This document shows, in pieces, positions 40,297-53,813 of a DNA stretch of 64,000 bases. Every line of letters begins with the position of its first letter. Within the stretch, counting starts at the first letter, position 1. Made by a program: the position numbers and the translations under genes. The notes below the pieces were generated by a model, which did not search any database, was not told the origin of the DNA, and was given only the letters and a program-made list of their open reading frames with translations. Source of the stretch: Octopus vulgaris (taxonomy: Eukaryota). The DNA lies in the NCBI GenBank assembly GCA_951406725.2, contig OX597821.1, forward strand, positions 66,712,001 to 66,776,000, in the 5' to 3' direction.

Positions 40297-40380
40297 GTAT
40301 ACCCATCATGACTATCTGTCTGATAAGGAAACACCAGGCACATGCATCACAACCATATGTGTTGTTGTTGTTGTTGTTAA

Positions 40381-40710
40381 GGCGTAGAAGTGGCAAAATC
40401 CTTAGCACGTAGGGTGAAATGCTCAGCAATATTTCGTCTGCCGTTGCGTTTTGAGTTCGAATTCCGCCGAGGTCGACCTTGCGTTTCATGCTTTCGGTGT
40501 CGATAAATAAAGTACCAGTTAGGCACTTCCCTTCCCTCAAATTTGAGGCCTTGTGCTTCCATTAAAAGGATTATAATAATTATTTTTAATGCGGTGACAT
40601 GGCAAAACCGATAGCACTCTGGGTGAAATGTGTAGCGGTATTTCGTCTGCCGCTAAATTCAGTCGAGGTCACCATTGATTTTCCCTTCGGGTCGATAAAT
40701 TAAGTACCAC
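40381..40710 (+). mobile_element. Two adjacent SINE family B copies
   Basis: GAGTTCGAATTCCGCCGAGGTCGACC...GTCGATAAATAAAGTACCAG, with a second head at ~40590. Confidence 0.8.
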
Positions 40711-42335
40711 TATGGTCTCCCTAAGTTAACAGCATATGCAACATTTATCATCAGTACATCCACCTCCAAATCCATCCTTCTCCTATTCCTCCCCCTCCTC
40801 CCTCTTCCGATTTCTCCTCCCTGCTTTTCTTCCTCTCCCTTTCTCTTCTTCCCCTTATCCTCCTCCCCAGTTCTATTTTCCCTTTGCCTATTTTACCGCC
40901 TATCATTTCTCCTCCTCTGCCCCTCCTCTTTTTTCTCCTTCTCACCTTCCTCTCCCTCTTCCCCCTCCTCATCATCATCACCAATTTATGAACCTTACTG
41001 TAACCAGTTTTAGGACTCATAGACTCAGCTACTCGGTATCCATGGCCGAGTTCACACCATTCTTCCTAAATGGAATACCAGTTGGTCTCAGGGTAATTCG
41101 TTTACAGCTTAAAGTACGATAGTAACGCGGAACAAAGTACATTGAACACAATGTACCACCCGTCACAGGAAACGAAACTACGATACTTGCGTACAACATC
41201 CTTACTACTAGGTCACGCTCCTAAGAAAACAACGATAGCATGTTAACCAACATGAATTCTCTCTTCAATATCAGCATCAACATTCAGCACCGAATGTTTT
41301 AAAAACATATTGGAAAGTTCGTATAAACCGGTACTGTCCATGGGCTTTTCACTCAGGTATCTCCACGAAAAACAGCCATCTTAACTTTCGTTCTATCATT
41401 CAAACCAGCGAATCAGCTCTTCTAAATCCGTGATGATATCCATATTAATAAACCTAATATTTGTTATTATGCCTAATATATGCAATAAAGTGTTATATCA
41501 TATTACTAACAGTATTATCGACGAGTGGTATGGATTTAGGTATTATTTTTTAAGCCCAGTAACATAATTATCAAGTCATATGAATTATGAAGCAGCTTGA
41601 ATGATATGCTAATATTCTTTCAGTAATATCCTTCCCTACCGAGCCATCAAATCATTGTCTTAGTTTAGACTGTGTATATTTAATTCATTTATTTAAACAA
41701 GTGTTGGTATTGTTTTTCACTTTTACTTACATAAAGTATGCCTATGGGTGTTAAAAATATTTATTCTTGTTCAGTTATCTTGTACAATAATGTTCTAATT
41801 AAAGTTTTAGAAGAATGTAGAACAGAACTTGTCGACACATAATCAATGGCGATTTCAGGATACTTTTGTTTTTGGCTTCATTTTATCACGTTTGGCATAG
41901 CTTGTCGTGTGAAAGTGTATAACTGTTTATTTATTTATAGCATATAACCTGACACGAAAACACAACAGCAAAAGAAATAACGAAGACATTTTCTTTAAGC
42001 ACTGCAATTTCTCGTTTGACAGCAGGTGCATCTCAATAAAAGTACTGTTTTTAAACTAAAAATTCGTTTTATTAGAATTGAAATTCAGTTTCAGATCAAA
42101 TATATATCCTTCCATATATATCAGACATACAGCTTTTAGTATTTGTACTGTACCAAAACTTTTTCATATAAACACATATTAAATTAGACTAAATACTTTT
42201 AATATTTCTGACCTGAAATTCTATAAAAATAGTATAGGTCATAGGGTGTAATGAAGTGTGATTTAGTTTTGTCTGTTATAAGGTCGTGGTGCATATTCTA
42301 TAGAGAAGGTGTTTACATACACACACACATACATA

Positions 42336-42376
<41 letters not shown>

Positions 42377-42519
42377 GAGTGTATTTTTACCTTGTTAACA
42401 ATTAACACGGAAAAATAAATAAATAGTTACCAGGGCAGCAAAAATCTCACAAGTAAAGGTGTTGTAACTCCTTGTTTATAAAGGTAGAAACTTCGTGTTT
42501 ACGTTGAATATTTTGAATA

Positions 42520-42695
42520 ATATGAATAAAAAATGGAGTTAACGCAGGTGTAATCAAATATTTTTACTTTCGACACATGTTTCGAAAATTCCACTGATAC
42601 TATTCTTTTGAATAGTATCAGTGGAATTTTCGAAACATGTGTCGAAAGTAAAAATATTTTATTACACCTGCGTTAACTCCATTTTTTATTCATAT
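42520..42695. repeat. Near-perfect 86-bp-arm palindrome with a 4-nt loop
   Basis: 42520-42605 and 42610-42695 are reverse complements with one mismatch seen by eye; loop TTTT. Confidence 0.93.
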
Positions 42696-43324
42696 ATATA
42701 TATAACATCATTTCCAGCTGGTCACCGACGCACGACTGCGTCCTTATGCTTCGAACAAGGGAGCAAATGTTCCCTCTTAGCCTTAAACAGTACCTACGGA
42801 CCATGGTTTCTGGGTTATTTTACTTCATCAACACAGGATAACCGTTGTGTCAAGATGGCCGCACAAAGCATTGTTCGAGGTATACAATTAAAGTGACACA
42901 CACACACGCTGAACTCGTAAAACGGAAAACATTCAGTTTTAAATCTCTTAGCTAGAAATAAGTAGTAAAAGTAATGCAGAGTAAAATATATTTGCCAACT
43001 TAAATTGGCAATCCTGGTTAGGACGATGTAACTACCTTGTTTTAGCCCCAGGAAAACATATTTTCCAGTTGGCTACGACGCGCAAGTGTCCCCTTATGTA
43101 TACATATAACAATGATTTCTAACTTTCATGACCCATATTCTCAGTTCTCTTAGAAAATCCAAACACTTTTCAATCTCTTTTATTTTATTTATTTATATTT
43201 AAATTTCTTTTTCTTTTTATATATTGTATTATGTATGGTCCAAGCCAGGGAGCAGCAGGAAGTGTCCCTGCATTGTCACCGTGGATCAGGCTACAAATAT
43301 GGCTATACGTTTGATTATTTTGGT

Positions 43325-43475
43325 TTTAAGCTTTGGCAAAAGGTCAGCAATTTCGTGGGAGGGACTAACTCAATTAAATTGACCCCAGTGCTCAACTGGT
43401 ACTTATTTTATCAAACCCGGAAACGAACAAAGTACCCCCAGGCATTTCGCCATGCGTGCTAACGATTCTGCCATT
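43325..43475 (-). mobile_element. SINE family B fragment
   Basis: GACCCCAGTGCTCAACTGGTACTTATTTTATC...GCATTTCGCC..GCGTGCTAACGATTCTGCCA. Confidence 0.75.
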
Positions 43476-43871
43476 CTTATATACATTCTACCATTCGTTT
43501 AATGATTTTATCTCTCATGACCATAGAGATTTCTCATCTCAGCAGAGAAATCTCACCGGGTCTTTCCTTAGTAATATTTAATAGCAACATCAGACTGGTG
43601 CCGTTCCTAATGTTCATTTACTTGAAATCCAAATTTATTATTTATCTTTCAGTCAATCAACACTGCATTATGGATAGCGTCGTCTACTTTGCCACACATC
43701 TAACACTTAGTACTTTCATTCTTTTGCTTAAATAACGTTTGACTGAATCGTTCTTTTCCTTTCACCGCCATGACAGGATTTAAATTTCTCTATTAAGTCT
43801 GTTATCTTTCTGTTAAGAGCAGTCTTCCTCTCCTAATATTGCTCTTAATCTAACTCAGTCTTACTCATCAC

Positions 43872-43980
43872 TTTTTCCTTCTAATTTCTCAACTCAGTAC
43901 CTTTTTCTTCTAATTTCACAAACTCAGTACCTTTTCATTTTAATTTCTCAAACCAGTTCCTTTCCATTCTAATTTCCGAA
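43872..43980. repeat. ~30-bp minisatellite, about 4 degenerate units
   Basis: Unit approximates CTTTTTCTTCTAATTTCTCAACTCAGTAC. Confidence 0.75.
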
Positions 43981-44421
43981 TTCATTATATGTCCCCATCC
44001 CACACATTTATTTGATTTATAGTCTGTTTTCCTGTAATATTATTTGGTCTTCTTGACAACAACCCGGGCAATACTAAGTCTTGTACTGTTTTTCACGGGT
44101 GAGGCAACGATGTTCACCCTTTGCAATACGTATACAGAGAGGTTACCCGTTACGCCTACACATGGTTTCATTCCATTACGAAATGTTTCTTTGCGCGTTT
44201 CGCCTTTATCAGCTACAACCAGCCATATTACACACCAAATAATAAAGATGTTAAATATCCAGCGATAACTGTGTCAGAGGATTTTTAAAGTGAAAAATAT
44301 CGTTGCTCATTACTATTTCCACTCTCTGTACAATGTATGTTTGTGCCCTAAAACGAAGAGCTAATCCACGTTGTTGGATGCAAACGAGGTCGCTGCTGTT
44401 ACTTATTTTATTTTATTTTTT

Positions 44422-44568
44422 ATACTGCCCACAAGGGGCTAAACTTAGAGGGGACAAACAAGGACAAGGTGATTAAGTCGATTACATCGACCCCAGTGCG
44501 TAACTAGTACTTAATTTATCGACCCCGAAAGGATAAAAGGCTAAGTCGTTTCTGCCAGCTCGCCGCCT
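44422..44568 (-). mobile_element. SINE family B (internally deleted)
   Basis: Nearly the same sequence as 2095-2279. Confidence 0.85.
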
Positions 44569-45094
44569 TTTTTTTTTTTTCACAGACAAAAGAATTGGCT
44601 TGAAAAGACAAGTAATGTCTTCATATATCGATAAGACGGGGAAAGAATTTTTAAGTTATCACCCTATTGCTGCTGTTACATCAGAGTTTTCTCTCTCCTA
44701 CAGAGATATTTACACAAAGACTAGAGCTCCTTCACTCTCAGCTGTATGGTCGTTGACACTCCTAAGCTTATTCGCCTTTTCACAGGTTTTACCTTCACAC
44801 CGTAGGGCGTCAACGAAAATCAACTTCCTTACCTAGTAAATATGGTAGCGTAGTCGATTTAGTCGCTCACGGCCTGTCCATGCGATAGGTTTTGTACTTG
44901 GTTAAATATTACTTGTAGTGTTAAGAATAATCTAAAGCATACAAACACACACAGACACACACATACATATATATTTACATATGCATGTATGTACCTATCT
45001 ATCAATCTATATACATGATACAGATACTTATACACACATACGCATACACATATATGTATATATAATATAATCTAATATATAATTTCATATAGGT

Positions 45095-45482
45095 CTCAGA
45101 TTTTGGCACATGACCAGCTGCTTTGGGAAAGTGGGTAAGTCGATTACATCAACCCCAGTGCTCAACTGATACTTATTTTATCGATCACCAAAGGATGAAA
45201 GCAAAGTCAGCCTCAGGTGAATTTGAACTCAGTACGTGCTGACAGACGAAATGCTGCTAAGCATTTCGCCCAGCATGCAGTATTTCAAATTTTAGGACAA
45301 GTTCATCACTTCTGGGTGGGAGAAGAGGGTAAGTTAATTACATCGACCTCAGTGCTCAACTGGTACTTGTGCTATCGACTCCTTAAGAATGAAAGGCAAA
45401 GTCGACCTCGGTGGAATAAAGACTGATAAAATGCGGCTAAGCATTTTGCCTGGCGTGCTAACAGTTCTGCTAGCTCGCCGCA
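45095..45482 (-). mobile_element. Two tandem SINE family B copies
   Basis: GATTACATCAACCCCAGTGCTCAACTG...GCTAAGCATTTCGCCC, occurring twice. Confidence 0.8.
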
Positions 45483-45539
45483 TTATGATATAATATAATA
45501 TAGAATAATATAGTATAGTACAGTATAGTATAGTGTAGT

Positions 45540-45766
45540 TTACTCTTTACTCATCACTCTTTTACTTGTTTCAGTCATTTGACTGTGGCCATGTTGGAGC
45601 ACCGCCTTTAGTCGAGTAAATTATTCTTTGTAAGGCTAGTACTTATTCTATCGGTCTCTTTTGGCGAACCGCTAAGTTACGGGGACATAAACACACCAGC
45701 ATCGGTTGTCAAGCGATGCTGGGAGGGGGGAACACAGACATACAAGCATACACACACACAAACACT

Positions 45767-45812
<46 letters not shown>

Positions 45813-45972
45813 ACGGGCTTCTTTCAGTTTCCGTCTACCAAATCCACTCACAAGGCTTTGGTCGGCCCGAGGCTATAGTAGAAGATACTTGCCCAAAGTG
45901 CCATGCAGTGGAACTGACCCCTGAACCATGTGGTTAGTAAGCAAGCTATTTATCACACAGCCACTCCTACGT
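45540..45972 (-). mobile_element. SINE family A, full length
   Basis: Collinear with 1457-1871. Confidence 0.92.
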
Positions 45973-46859
45973 CTCTGTTTAATACAGTATGATATAATAA
46001 AATATATCATATTATACTATATTTTATCATAGTGTATTATTTTGTATTCTTTAACTGGTTTCAGTCATTGGGCTGTGGATAGTTTGGCCAATATTTCCAA
46101 GTCTTTAACTGATCATACAGACGCATGGGAATCTTTTAGTCTGACACTTATTTCATGTTTCTCTTTTTCAGCGAACATTCTATGTCTCTGTGATATAGAA
46201 GGAGATAGAATAGCCAACAGGACTAGATTTTAGACCTATGTGCGCTTGAATTTTAAAAAATGGATACTTATAAATTATATATATGTATGTGTGCGTGAGG
46301 GTAAGTGTATACATGACAAAGTTCTGGACATTTTTCACCTACCTAATTCTACTCATACTCTACTGGCTGGGAATAAATAAACATCTATGTGGAAATAGCA
46401 GACGTTGTTACCTATAGGAATTTTTCTGTTGCGTTTTCACCACCCCTGGTGCGTTGCTCATCATAAAATTTATTTTCTGAACCGTACAACGTATGAGTTT
46501 GAAGTAGGGTGCGATTCCGCTAATAATAAAATTACCTGTAAATTTTGAATTACAAGAAAACTCGAAATCATATTAATAGCAAATTCGTATATTTTAAGCA
46601 CATATCATGGTCGAATAAAACATTGAGAAAATAGCGGAAAAACCTAAGCATTATATCAATATATTAATTCTTCGTATAGACACATTTTTTTTTGTATAAG
46701 ATAAGGAGAGGAATAAGTGTTCTATTTCCAGAATTATTCTTCACCAACTATAATCGTGTATATTAATAAGCTACTGGATTCAAAGAAGAATTACATTTTA
46801 AGAAGTATTACATTTCAAGGCAAATTTCGTAATCTGTACGTAGGTAATATGTTTTTATG

Positions 46860-47148
<289 letters not shown>

Positions 47149-48084
47149 CTGTGATGGTCTAAGCTGCGTATAGTTGTTTGAGGGAATTAATCCCAATGAA
47201 TAATGGTGGAAAACACACTATGAATTTTTCTTGAAATATAATCTCTCTTAAAATATAATTCTTCTTTCAATCCATCAGGCTATTTGCATATAGGCGGTGA
47301 TGAGTAAATTGTTTAAATTTGAACACTGAATTATCTTCCAATTTTACAACATTTAAGAAAAAAAAATATTTATATATGTAAAATTATGAATTTCGAGAAA
47401 ATCCTTTTTTCTTATCTCTCCTTTATTTTGACCTATCTTCTACAATTCTTGGTTAAAATACATTAACAATAACAACAACAACAACGCAGTTTTCGTATTT
47501 GTGTGTGTGTGTATGTAACCATACTACGAAGTAATATTTTTCTCACTCAAGCCATGCCCAAATTTCTCAAAAAAATGGGAAATATTGAATACACATTACA
47601 TAACCCAATGTTCTTAAATTGAATGTGCTTAATGGTCGGATTGTGTTGCCGACTTGAGGCTTCAATGAAACAACTAAAACCCCTACAATCGTCGACAGTG
47701 GGTAGTGACATTCTCACAAGGAAACACAGAATTTTGACCTACACATAACTGAGGAAAATAACGATATAATGTTGTATATGATATTGTTCTGTGGACATAA
47801 TGAAGCCTTGGTGGAAAAGGGCTGCGGTTAAAGGTAAAATAGAATTACATAACTCGCCATCTCTTTCGGCAAAATGCATCTAAGACTACATTGTCTTATG
47901 TGCCAGATCTATTTCCTTTTATAGACACTAGTGTGCGATTTAAGGGAGATTTTGTTGCTCTTGTAACTCGATCAAACCATTTCAAAGAGGCTTCATTTTG
48001 TGCTCAAAGGCACAGATTACGGCATGCATAATATAATATATAATGTAATTTGACACACGTATAAAATATTCCGTGCTATTATAG

Positions 48085-48508
48085 AGCCAAAGCCTGAAAA
48101 CTTGAAGGATGGAAAAAGTCGACTTCATCGACTCCATTTCTTGCTTGGCACCCACTTTATCGACCCCAGTTCTTGTCTGACACCCACTTTATCGACCCCG
48201 AAATAATGAAAAGCAATGTCGATCTCGGCAGTCGATCTCGAACGCTAAACGTGAGATCGGAAGAAAGGTCATGAATCATTTTGATACTTCCTTCTGTTAC
48301 AGGCACAAGGCCTGAAATATGAGGAGTGGACGTTAGTTGATTCCTTATTTCATCGATTCCCAAGAAGATGAAAGGCATAGAGGAAGTTGAGCTCAGAACG
48401 AAAAGACGACTATAGTAGAAGACACTTGTCCAAGGTGCCATGCAGTGGGACTGAACCCGGAACTATGTGGTTCGTAAGAAAGCTACTTACCACACACCCA
48501 CTCCTACA
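48085..48508 (-). mobile_element. SINE family B fragments followed by a SINE family A head (48410-48508)
   Basis: TTTATCGACCCCGAAATAATGAAAAGCAATGTCGATCTCGGC, then CTATAGTAGAAGACACTTGTCCAAGGTGCCATGCAGTGGGACTGAACCCGGAAC. Confidence 0.78.
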
Positions 48509-49216
48509 CATTGGTAACGATCCTGCTAGCCGCCACCTTATATATGTCTGAAATAACAAACACAAGTGTATGTATGTTCGTATGTATGTACGTATGTATT
48601 ATGTATGTGTGCATGTGGGTATGCATGTATATATATATGTATATATGTGTGTCTGTGTGTTTGTATGTATGTATATGTGTATGTGTGTGTATGTATGTAT
48701 ATATGTATGTATATATGTACGCATGTGTGTATTATGTGTGTATGAATGTATGTGTGTATGTATGCGTATGCGTGTTTATATTTCTGTATGTATGTGTATA
48801 TGTATGTAGGTATGTATGTATGTATATATGCATGGATGTGTGTGTGTGATGACATGCACACTCAGATAAAATTTCACATAGGCTGATTCGGTTATAGTTA
48901 ATGCAAACATGCGATGCCGTAGGTATACACACAACGCCTCTTAAATATATATTAATGTATCTTTAAACACGTTTTCATAACTCTTTTGTAATTGTGTTTA
49001 TGATTTTATGAGGGAAATCATGAGTGAATTATGAGAGTGCTATTAATGTTGCGATAACAACAGCAACAACAAATACAGTACCACGATAATAAAAAAAAAC
49101 AAAAGCTAGAATAACACAAGAAGACAACAACAAAAATTAACATGGCTGTAATAACAACAATAGCATCATATGAATATGGTTTTTATGTATTTGTGTATAA
49201 TTATGATACTACATAC

Positions 49217-49277
<61 letters not shown>

Positions 49278-49359
49278 TGTGTATTTATGAAACTCCGCAT
49301 ACTCTCACTACTTTATGTTTATGTGTGTGTGTGTATTTGTATATATTTAACATATATTG

Positions 49360-49397
<38 letters not shown>

Positions 49398-50120
49398 GTG
49401 TGTGCAGGTTTCTATACTTGTGTGTAGGTGTTCTCTGTGTGTGTGTATACCTGTATGAATAAATACATACGTGTAAGTCAGTGCGCATGCGTGTGTGTCG
49501 TTCGTGTTCATTATGCTACTGACCGGAAATATGATATCTAAAGACAATTGACTAAACGATAGAAGAGAAATACATCAAGTAACTGTCTCTTTAAGCATGC
49601 AGCAAGCCGAACTTGAAACTCCGTTCTGTATGTTAGATCATTAAATTTTCAATAGAATTCAAATGACTCTTTATGAATGGCGATATATATATACATATAT
49701 TCAATTATGGTTTCTACCGTTACTGACTTCATATATTCATAATACAATATCATTCGTGCTGTGTCTCAGTTGTTTACCGTATTCTGACATGACCTAACTG
49801 CATCATGAATACCTCAGCTAAACACGATGTGTCATTCACTCATAAAACATAGATTTAAACCACTTTCGAAATGAAGACAAGTATATTTCTTAAATACATC
49901 TATTATATTGGCTTATGTATGAATGTATGTAAGTGTGTGCACGTGTAAGTGTACACACACATGCATATATAATTTCAATACGGAGCAAATAATTCAGGAA
50001 AGAAATATTTGGGAAGATATCATTGACTCTATTATTATCTAGTGTAACAATTTAAAAATGATAATAACAGATTCAAATAATATAAGCGATTGCAGGCCTC
50101 CCAAAAACCATTAGATTCCT

Positions 50121-50312
50121 GAAGGATTAAAATTAAAATTAATCAAAGGACATACAAAGTATGTCTACCTGCTTGAAATAACAAACAAAATTTATTTAAA
50201 TCGCCAAAATACACTGATAATAACTACAGAAATCAACCGCAGGAAGGCAATTTAAATAAGAGGTTTGACTGTTATTTCCAACAGGTACGTCCTTTGATTA
50301 ATTTTAATCCTT
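50121..50312. mobile_element. MITE-like element with nested inverted repeats
   Basis: GAAGGATTAAAATT..AATCAAAGGAC pairs with GTCCTTTGATTAATTTTAATCCTTC. Inner TACCTG.TTGAAATAACA pairs with TGTTATTTCCAACAGGTA. Confidence 0.6.
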
Positions 50313-50328
50313 CACCTATCCACACACA

Positions 50329-50370
<42 letters not shown>

Positions 50371-50377
<7 letters not shown>

Positions 50378-50670
50378 ATCACGTGACTGACCAGACCATC
50401 ATATGTTGTTACACATCGCTGGTCACAATGCATTCGCATTGTTTTAGCCTTCGAATGCCGCGACCCAGCTGGCTAAGCGAGCAGGCCAACAGAAGAAAGA
50501 GTGGAAGAAATAGTGGTGAAAGAGTACAGCAGGGATCATCACCCCTGCCGGAGCATCGTGGAGCTTTTAGGTGTTTTCGCTCAATAAACACTCACAACGC
50601 CCGGTCTGGGAATCGAAACCGCGATCCTGCGACCGCGAGTCCGCTGCCCTAACCACCATTGCGCCTTCAC
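50371..50670 (-). mobile_element. tRNA-derived SINE family D with (TCACGTGA)n tail
   Basis: Minus strand head GTGAAGGCGCAATGGTGGTTAGGGCAGCGGACTCGCGGTCGCAGGATCGCGGTTTCGATTCCC has A/B boxes. It ends TCACGTGATCACGTGA inside (TA)n. Confidence 0.85.
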
Positions 50671-50714
<44 letters not shown>

Positions 50715-50715
<1 letters not shown>

Positions 50716-51618
50716 AAGTTCCCGCCGTTTATTTAAATTTTGGAATTTATCACATTTTAAAATTTTAGAATCTTTTTTTTCTAGAATTCTATTTTCGACT
50801 CATTTTGGAATCTACTTTGTTTTTTTCTAGTTAATTTTAGTTATTTTTTTTAATTTTCAGATCATTAAAATGGAATGTCAAGTTAAGAAAAACGAGCATT
50901 TTCGACACCTCCTTCTTTTTGCGTCACCGCTCAACTCATGGACACAAGCAGCATTTTCTTTGCCGAATCGTTAATGGCGACGAAAAATGGTGCCTGTACA
51001 TCAATATGAAGCAGCGTAAGGAATGGCTTAGCCCCGGTAAACAAGCGACACCGCGTGTGAACCAAGATCTTCATCCGCGGAAAACGTTGTTGTGTGTATG
51101 GTGGACAAGGAAGCGATTATCCATTACGAATTACTTGAACGGAACCAATCAGTCAACGCGGAACAATATGTTCAACAGATCGAACGACTCAACACGGCTA
51201 TTCAAGAGAAAAGATCTAATTGTCAGCATGGAGTTCTGCTGCACGACTACGTCCGCCCTCATATCGCCAATATGACTAAGGAAGCCATTGAAACGCATCG
51301 CTGGGAAGTGCTGCCACACCTGCCGTACTCTCCTGATTTGGCACCAACGGATTTCCACCTCTTTCGATCTCTCCTAAATGCTATGCGCTGAGTTTCGTTC
51401 AATACTTATGGAGAAATGAGAGCTTGGTTGGATCCATTTTTCGAGTCGAAATCGAATGATTTCTACCAACGAGGTATTGAAAATCTTCTTGAACATTGGG
51501 AAGAAGTTGTAAGCAACAAGGGTGAATACATTATTCATTAATTAGTTGTTTTTTTTATTAAACCTTTTAAAAAATTTAAATTTAAAAAAGCGGCAGGAAC
51601 TTAATTACCAACCTAATA
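50715..51618 (+). mobile_element. Internally deleted DD34D mariner transposon
   Basis: Right TIR AAAAGCGGCAGGAACTTAATTACCAACCTAA followed by TA. The left TIR remnant is TAAGTTCCCGCCGTTT. Confidence 0.9.
50870..51541 (+). pseudogene. Mariner transposase pseudogene (HTH region deleted, frameshift, stop)
   Basis: MECQVKKNEHFRHLLLFA is joined to FLCRIVNGDEKW..LHPRKTLLCVW/WD..IIHYELL..LLHDYVRPH..PYSPDLAPTDFHLFRSL..*..FYQRGIENL..WEEVV..GEYII*. Confidence 0.92.
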
Positions 51619-51647
51619 TATATATATGTACACACACACACACACAC

Positions 51648-51726
<79 letters not shown>

Positions 51727-51737
51727 CATATATATAC

Positions 51738-51799
<62 letters not shown>

Positions 51800-51803
<4 letters not shown>

Positions 51804-52234
51804 GATCAAAATAAAATAAAAACATGATGTGAAGGATTCAGCGGTACATATGTTTCGGGCCTTTATTAGACAGATTTATAACAATGCATAATGTATGTCT
51901 GTGGCCTTCTTCAGCCGCGCACAACAGCTTCCACAAGGACATGTGTTACATCAAAAATTCTTGGTTGGGGATGCAAATCCTCTCATTCGCGTACGACATA
52001 ATGCGGCAGCAGCATAGAATTGAAACGTCCATCTCTTTCTTCTCTCAATGTAGAATGAGGAAAATGTTGAGGTAATGTAAATAAATAAATACATATATAG
52101 ACGTGAAGATGGCGGGGCGAGAATTCGGGACCAGGGATAAAAAATGTATAAAAGGTGTAAGTATAGAAAAATATAAAAATGTAGAGCATAAAGATATAAA
52201 GAGTTATAAGGAGATGTAAAGGGGGTGTAAAGAA
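51800..52234 (-). repeat. 3' pseudo-LTR of the PLE
   Basis: Direct repeat of 56475-56914; by eye 3 substitutions and one 5-bp indel. Confidence 0.95.
51841..51918 (-). ncRNA. Type I hammerhead ribozyme motif in the 3' pLTR
   Basis: Minus strand reads GCGG-CTGAAGA-AGGCC-ACAGA..TCTGT-CTAATAAA-GGCCC-GAAA-C-ATAT-GTA-CCGC. Stem I GCGG/CCGC, palindromic loop 3, GUA cleavage site. Confidence 0.82.
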
Positions 52235-53813
52235 TATAAAGAAATATAAAGAAATATAAATAAATGTAAAGGCATAAGGTTATAAAGTAAAAATAGAAAT
52301 AGAAATAAAAGTAAAAAAACATGATAAAAACATGATAAAAATGTAAAAGAATGTAAAGATAAGGGATGTATAGAGGTTATGGACCAAGCATGGTGGTCAG
52401 GAGATTGATAAAATTTAGTTGTAGAATTGTCAGTAAATCAACAATTTCGTCTGGGGACCTAATGTGTTGTAAATCAGAGCTGATGAGCATTTAATCTGGT
52501 TCCTTGAATTAAATGGACTTCTAGTACATACATATCATCATGGATACATACACCCACATACACGCGTACATATACGCCTCCAAGCCTATAAGCACACACA
52601 CGCACTCGCGTGTAAACATGTACATAAACACACACGCACCCACACGCACGCGCGTACACACACATACATACAACAGAATATCCGCATGTATACGCGGACA
52701 CTATACGCGTACACACTCACATGTACATACGTGCGCCCATCCCTACATACACACACGTATATGCCCACGCCTCCAGGTCTAGATATAAGATATTAAAGGA
52801 TGTATATAAGAACGTATGTAAAAAATCACGTACTCATGTCTATACGTGCACGCACACACGGCTGTGTGTCCGTATGTGCGTGCACATATACACTCACATA
52901 CACACCCAGAGACACACGCGCACATGGGTATAGCTATAAGATATCGAAATATGTATGTACATATATGCGCGTGCAAATGTATGTATGCGTACACACACGT
53001 ACGCGGACGCTCGTATAGTCAAAAAGTGGATCCATAGGTAAGTAAATAAACATATATAGAGGTGTAAAGCGATAAGCTAGGGGTAAGAATGAGGGTAAGG
53101 GTAAAAATTAGAAAATAAAAAATACAGTATAAAATAAGAAATACAATGTAATAGTTAGAAATGAAATATAAGAATTATAAAAATTATAAGAGTTAAGGTA
53201 GGGGATGAAAATAAAAATGAGAATAAATGGAAGTAGAATAAAAGTAAAAATAAAAATAAATGGAAGTAGGATAAAAGTAAAAATAAAAGTAAAAATAAAA
53301 ATAAAATAAAATAAGATAAAAATATAATTTGGTAAAGTTTAACCTGAGATGAAGGTGGTTGAAGGTTAGAGGTGTGTGTTAAACGTAGGGGCGGGCGGGG
53401 GGAACTGAAAATTGGAAGGGTGGGAAGTGGAGTTTGGCGGTGTGCGTTCAACATCCGAGTTAGAAATGTGAAAGGGTATAGATATAGGGAATTAAAGAGA
53501 CTATATAGGGAGGATATGGGTGTAGGAGAAGAAATATTTAGGGAAAAGAAGTCATATATGGGAGACAAAATTTGTATATATATAGGAGGAAAATGCAGGG
53601 AACCGTATATGCACATACACACACCCACACACACACACACACACGCACATGTATATATATATATGTATGCACACACACGTACACGTATGTGCACATACAC
53701 ATACACACACACACACATACGCATATACACGCACATATAGGAAAGCGGGATGTGCTGGAGCCGATAGGTTGCACCGGGTGGGAGGAAATTGCATGGGGGA
53801 GTTGGTATAAGAC

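Noticed and set aside
41330-41440. Possible hAT transposase remnant (RWL..RG on minus); similarly weak Tc1/mariner hints at 5400-5550 and 12740-12930
   Set aside because: Only a few residues match across frameshifts; needs a profile search.
52381-52460. Possible SECIS-like hairpin in the PLE 3' UTR (minus strand)
   Set aside because: The 5' quartet reads AGAC rather than UGAN, there is no correctly placed apical AA, and the ORF has no in-frame TGA to recode.
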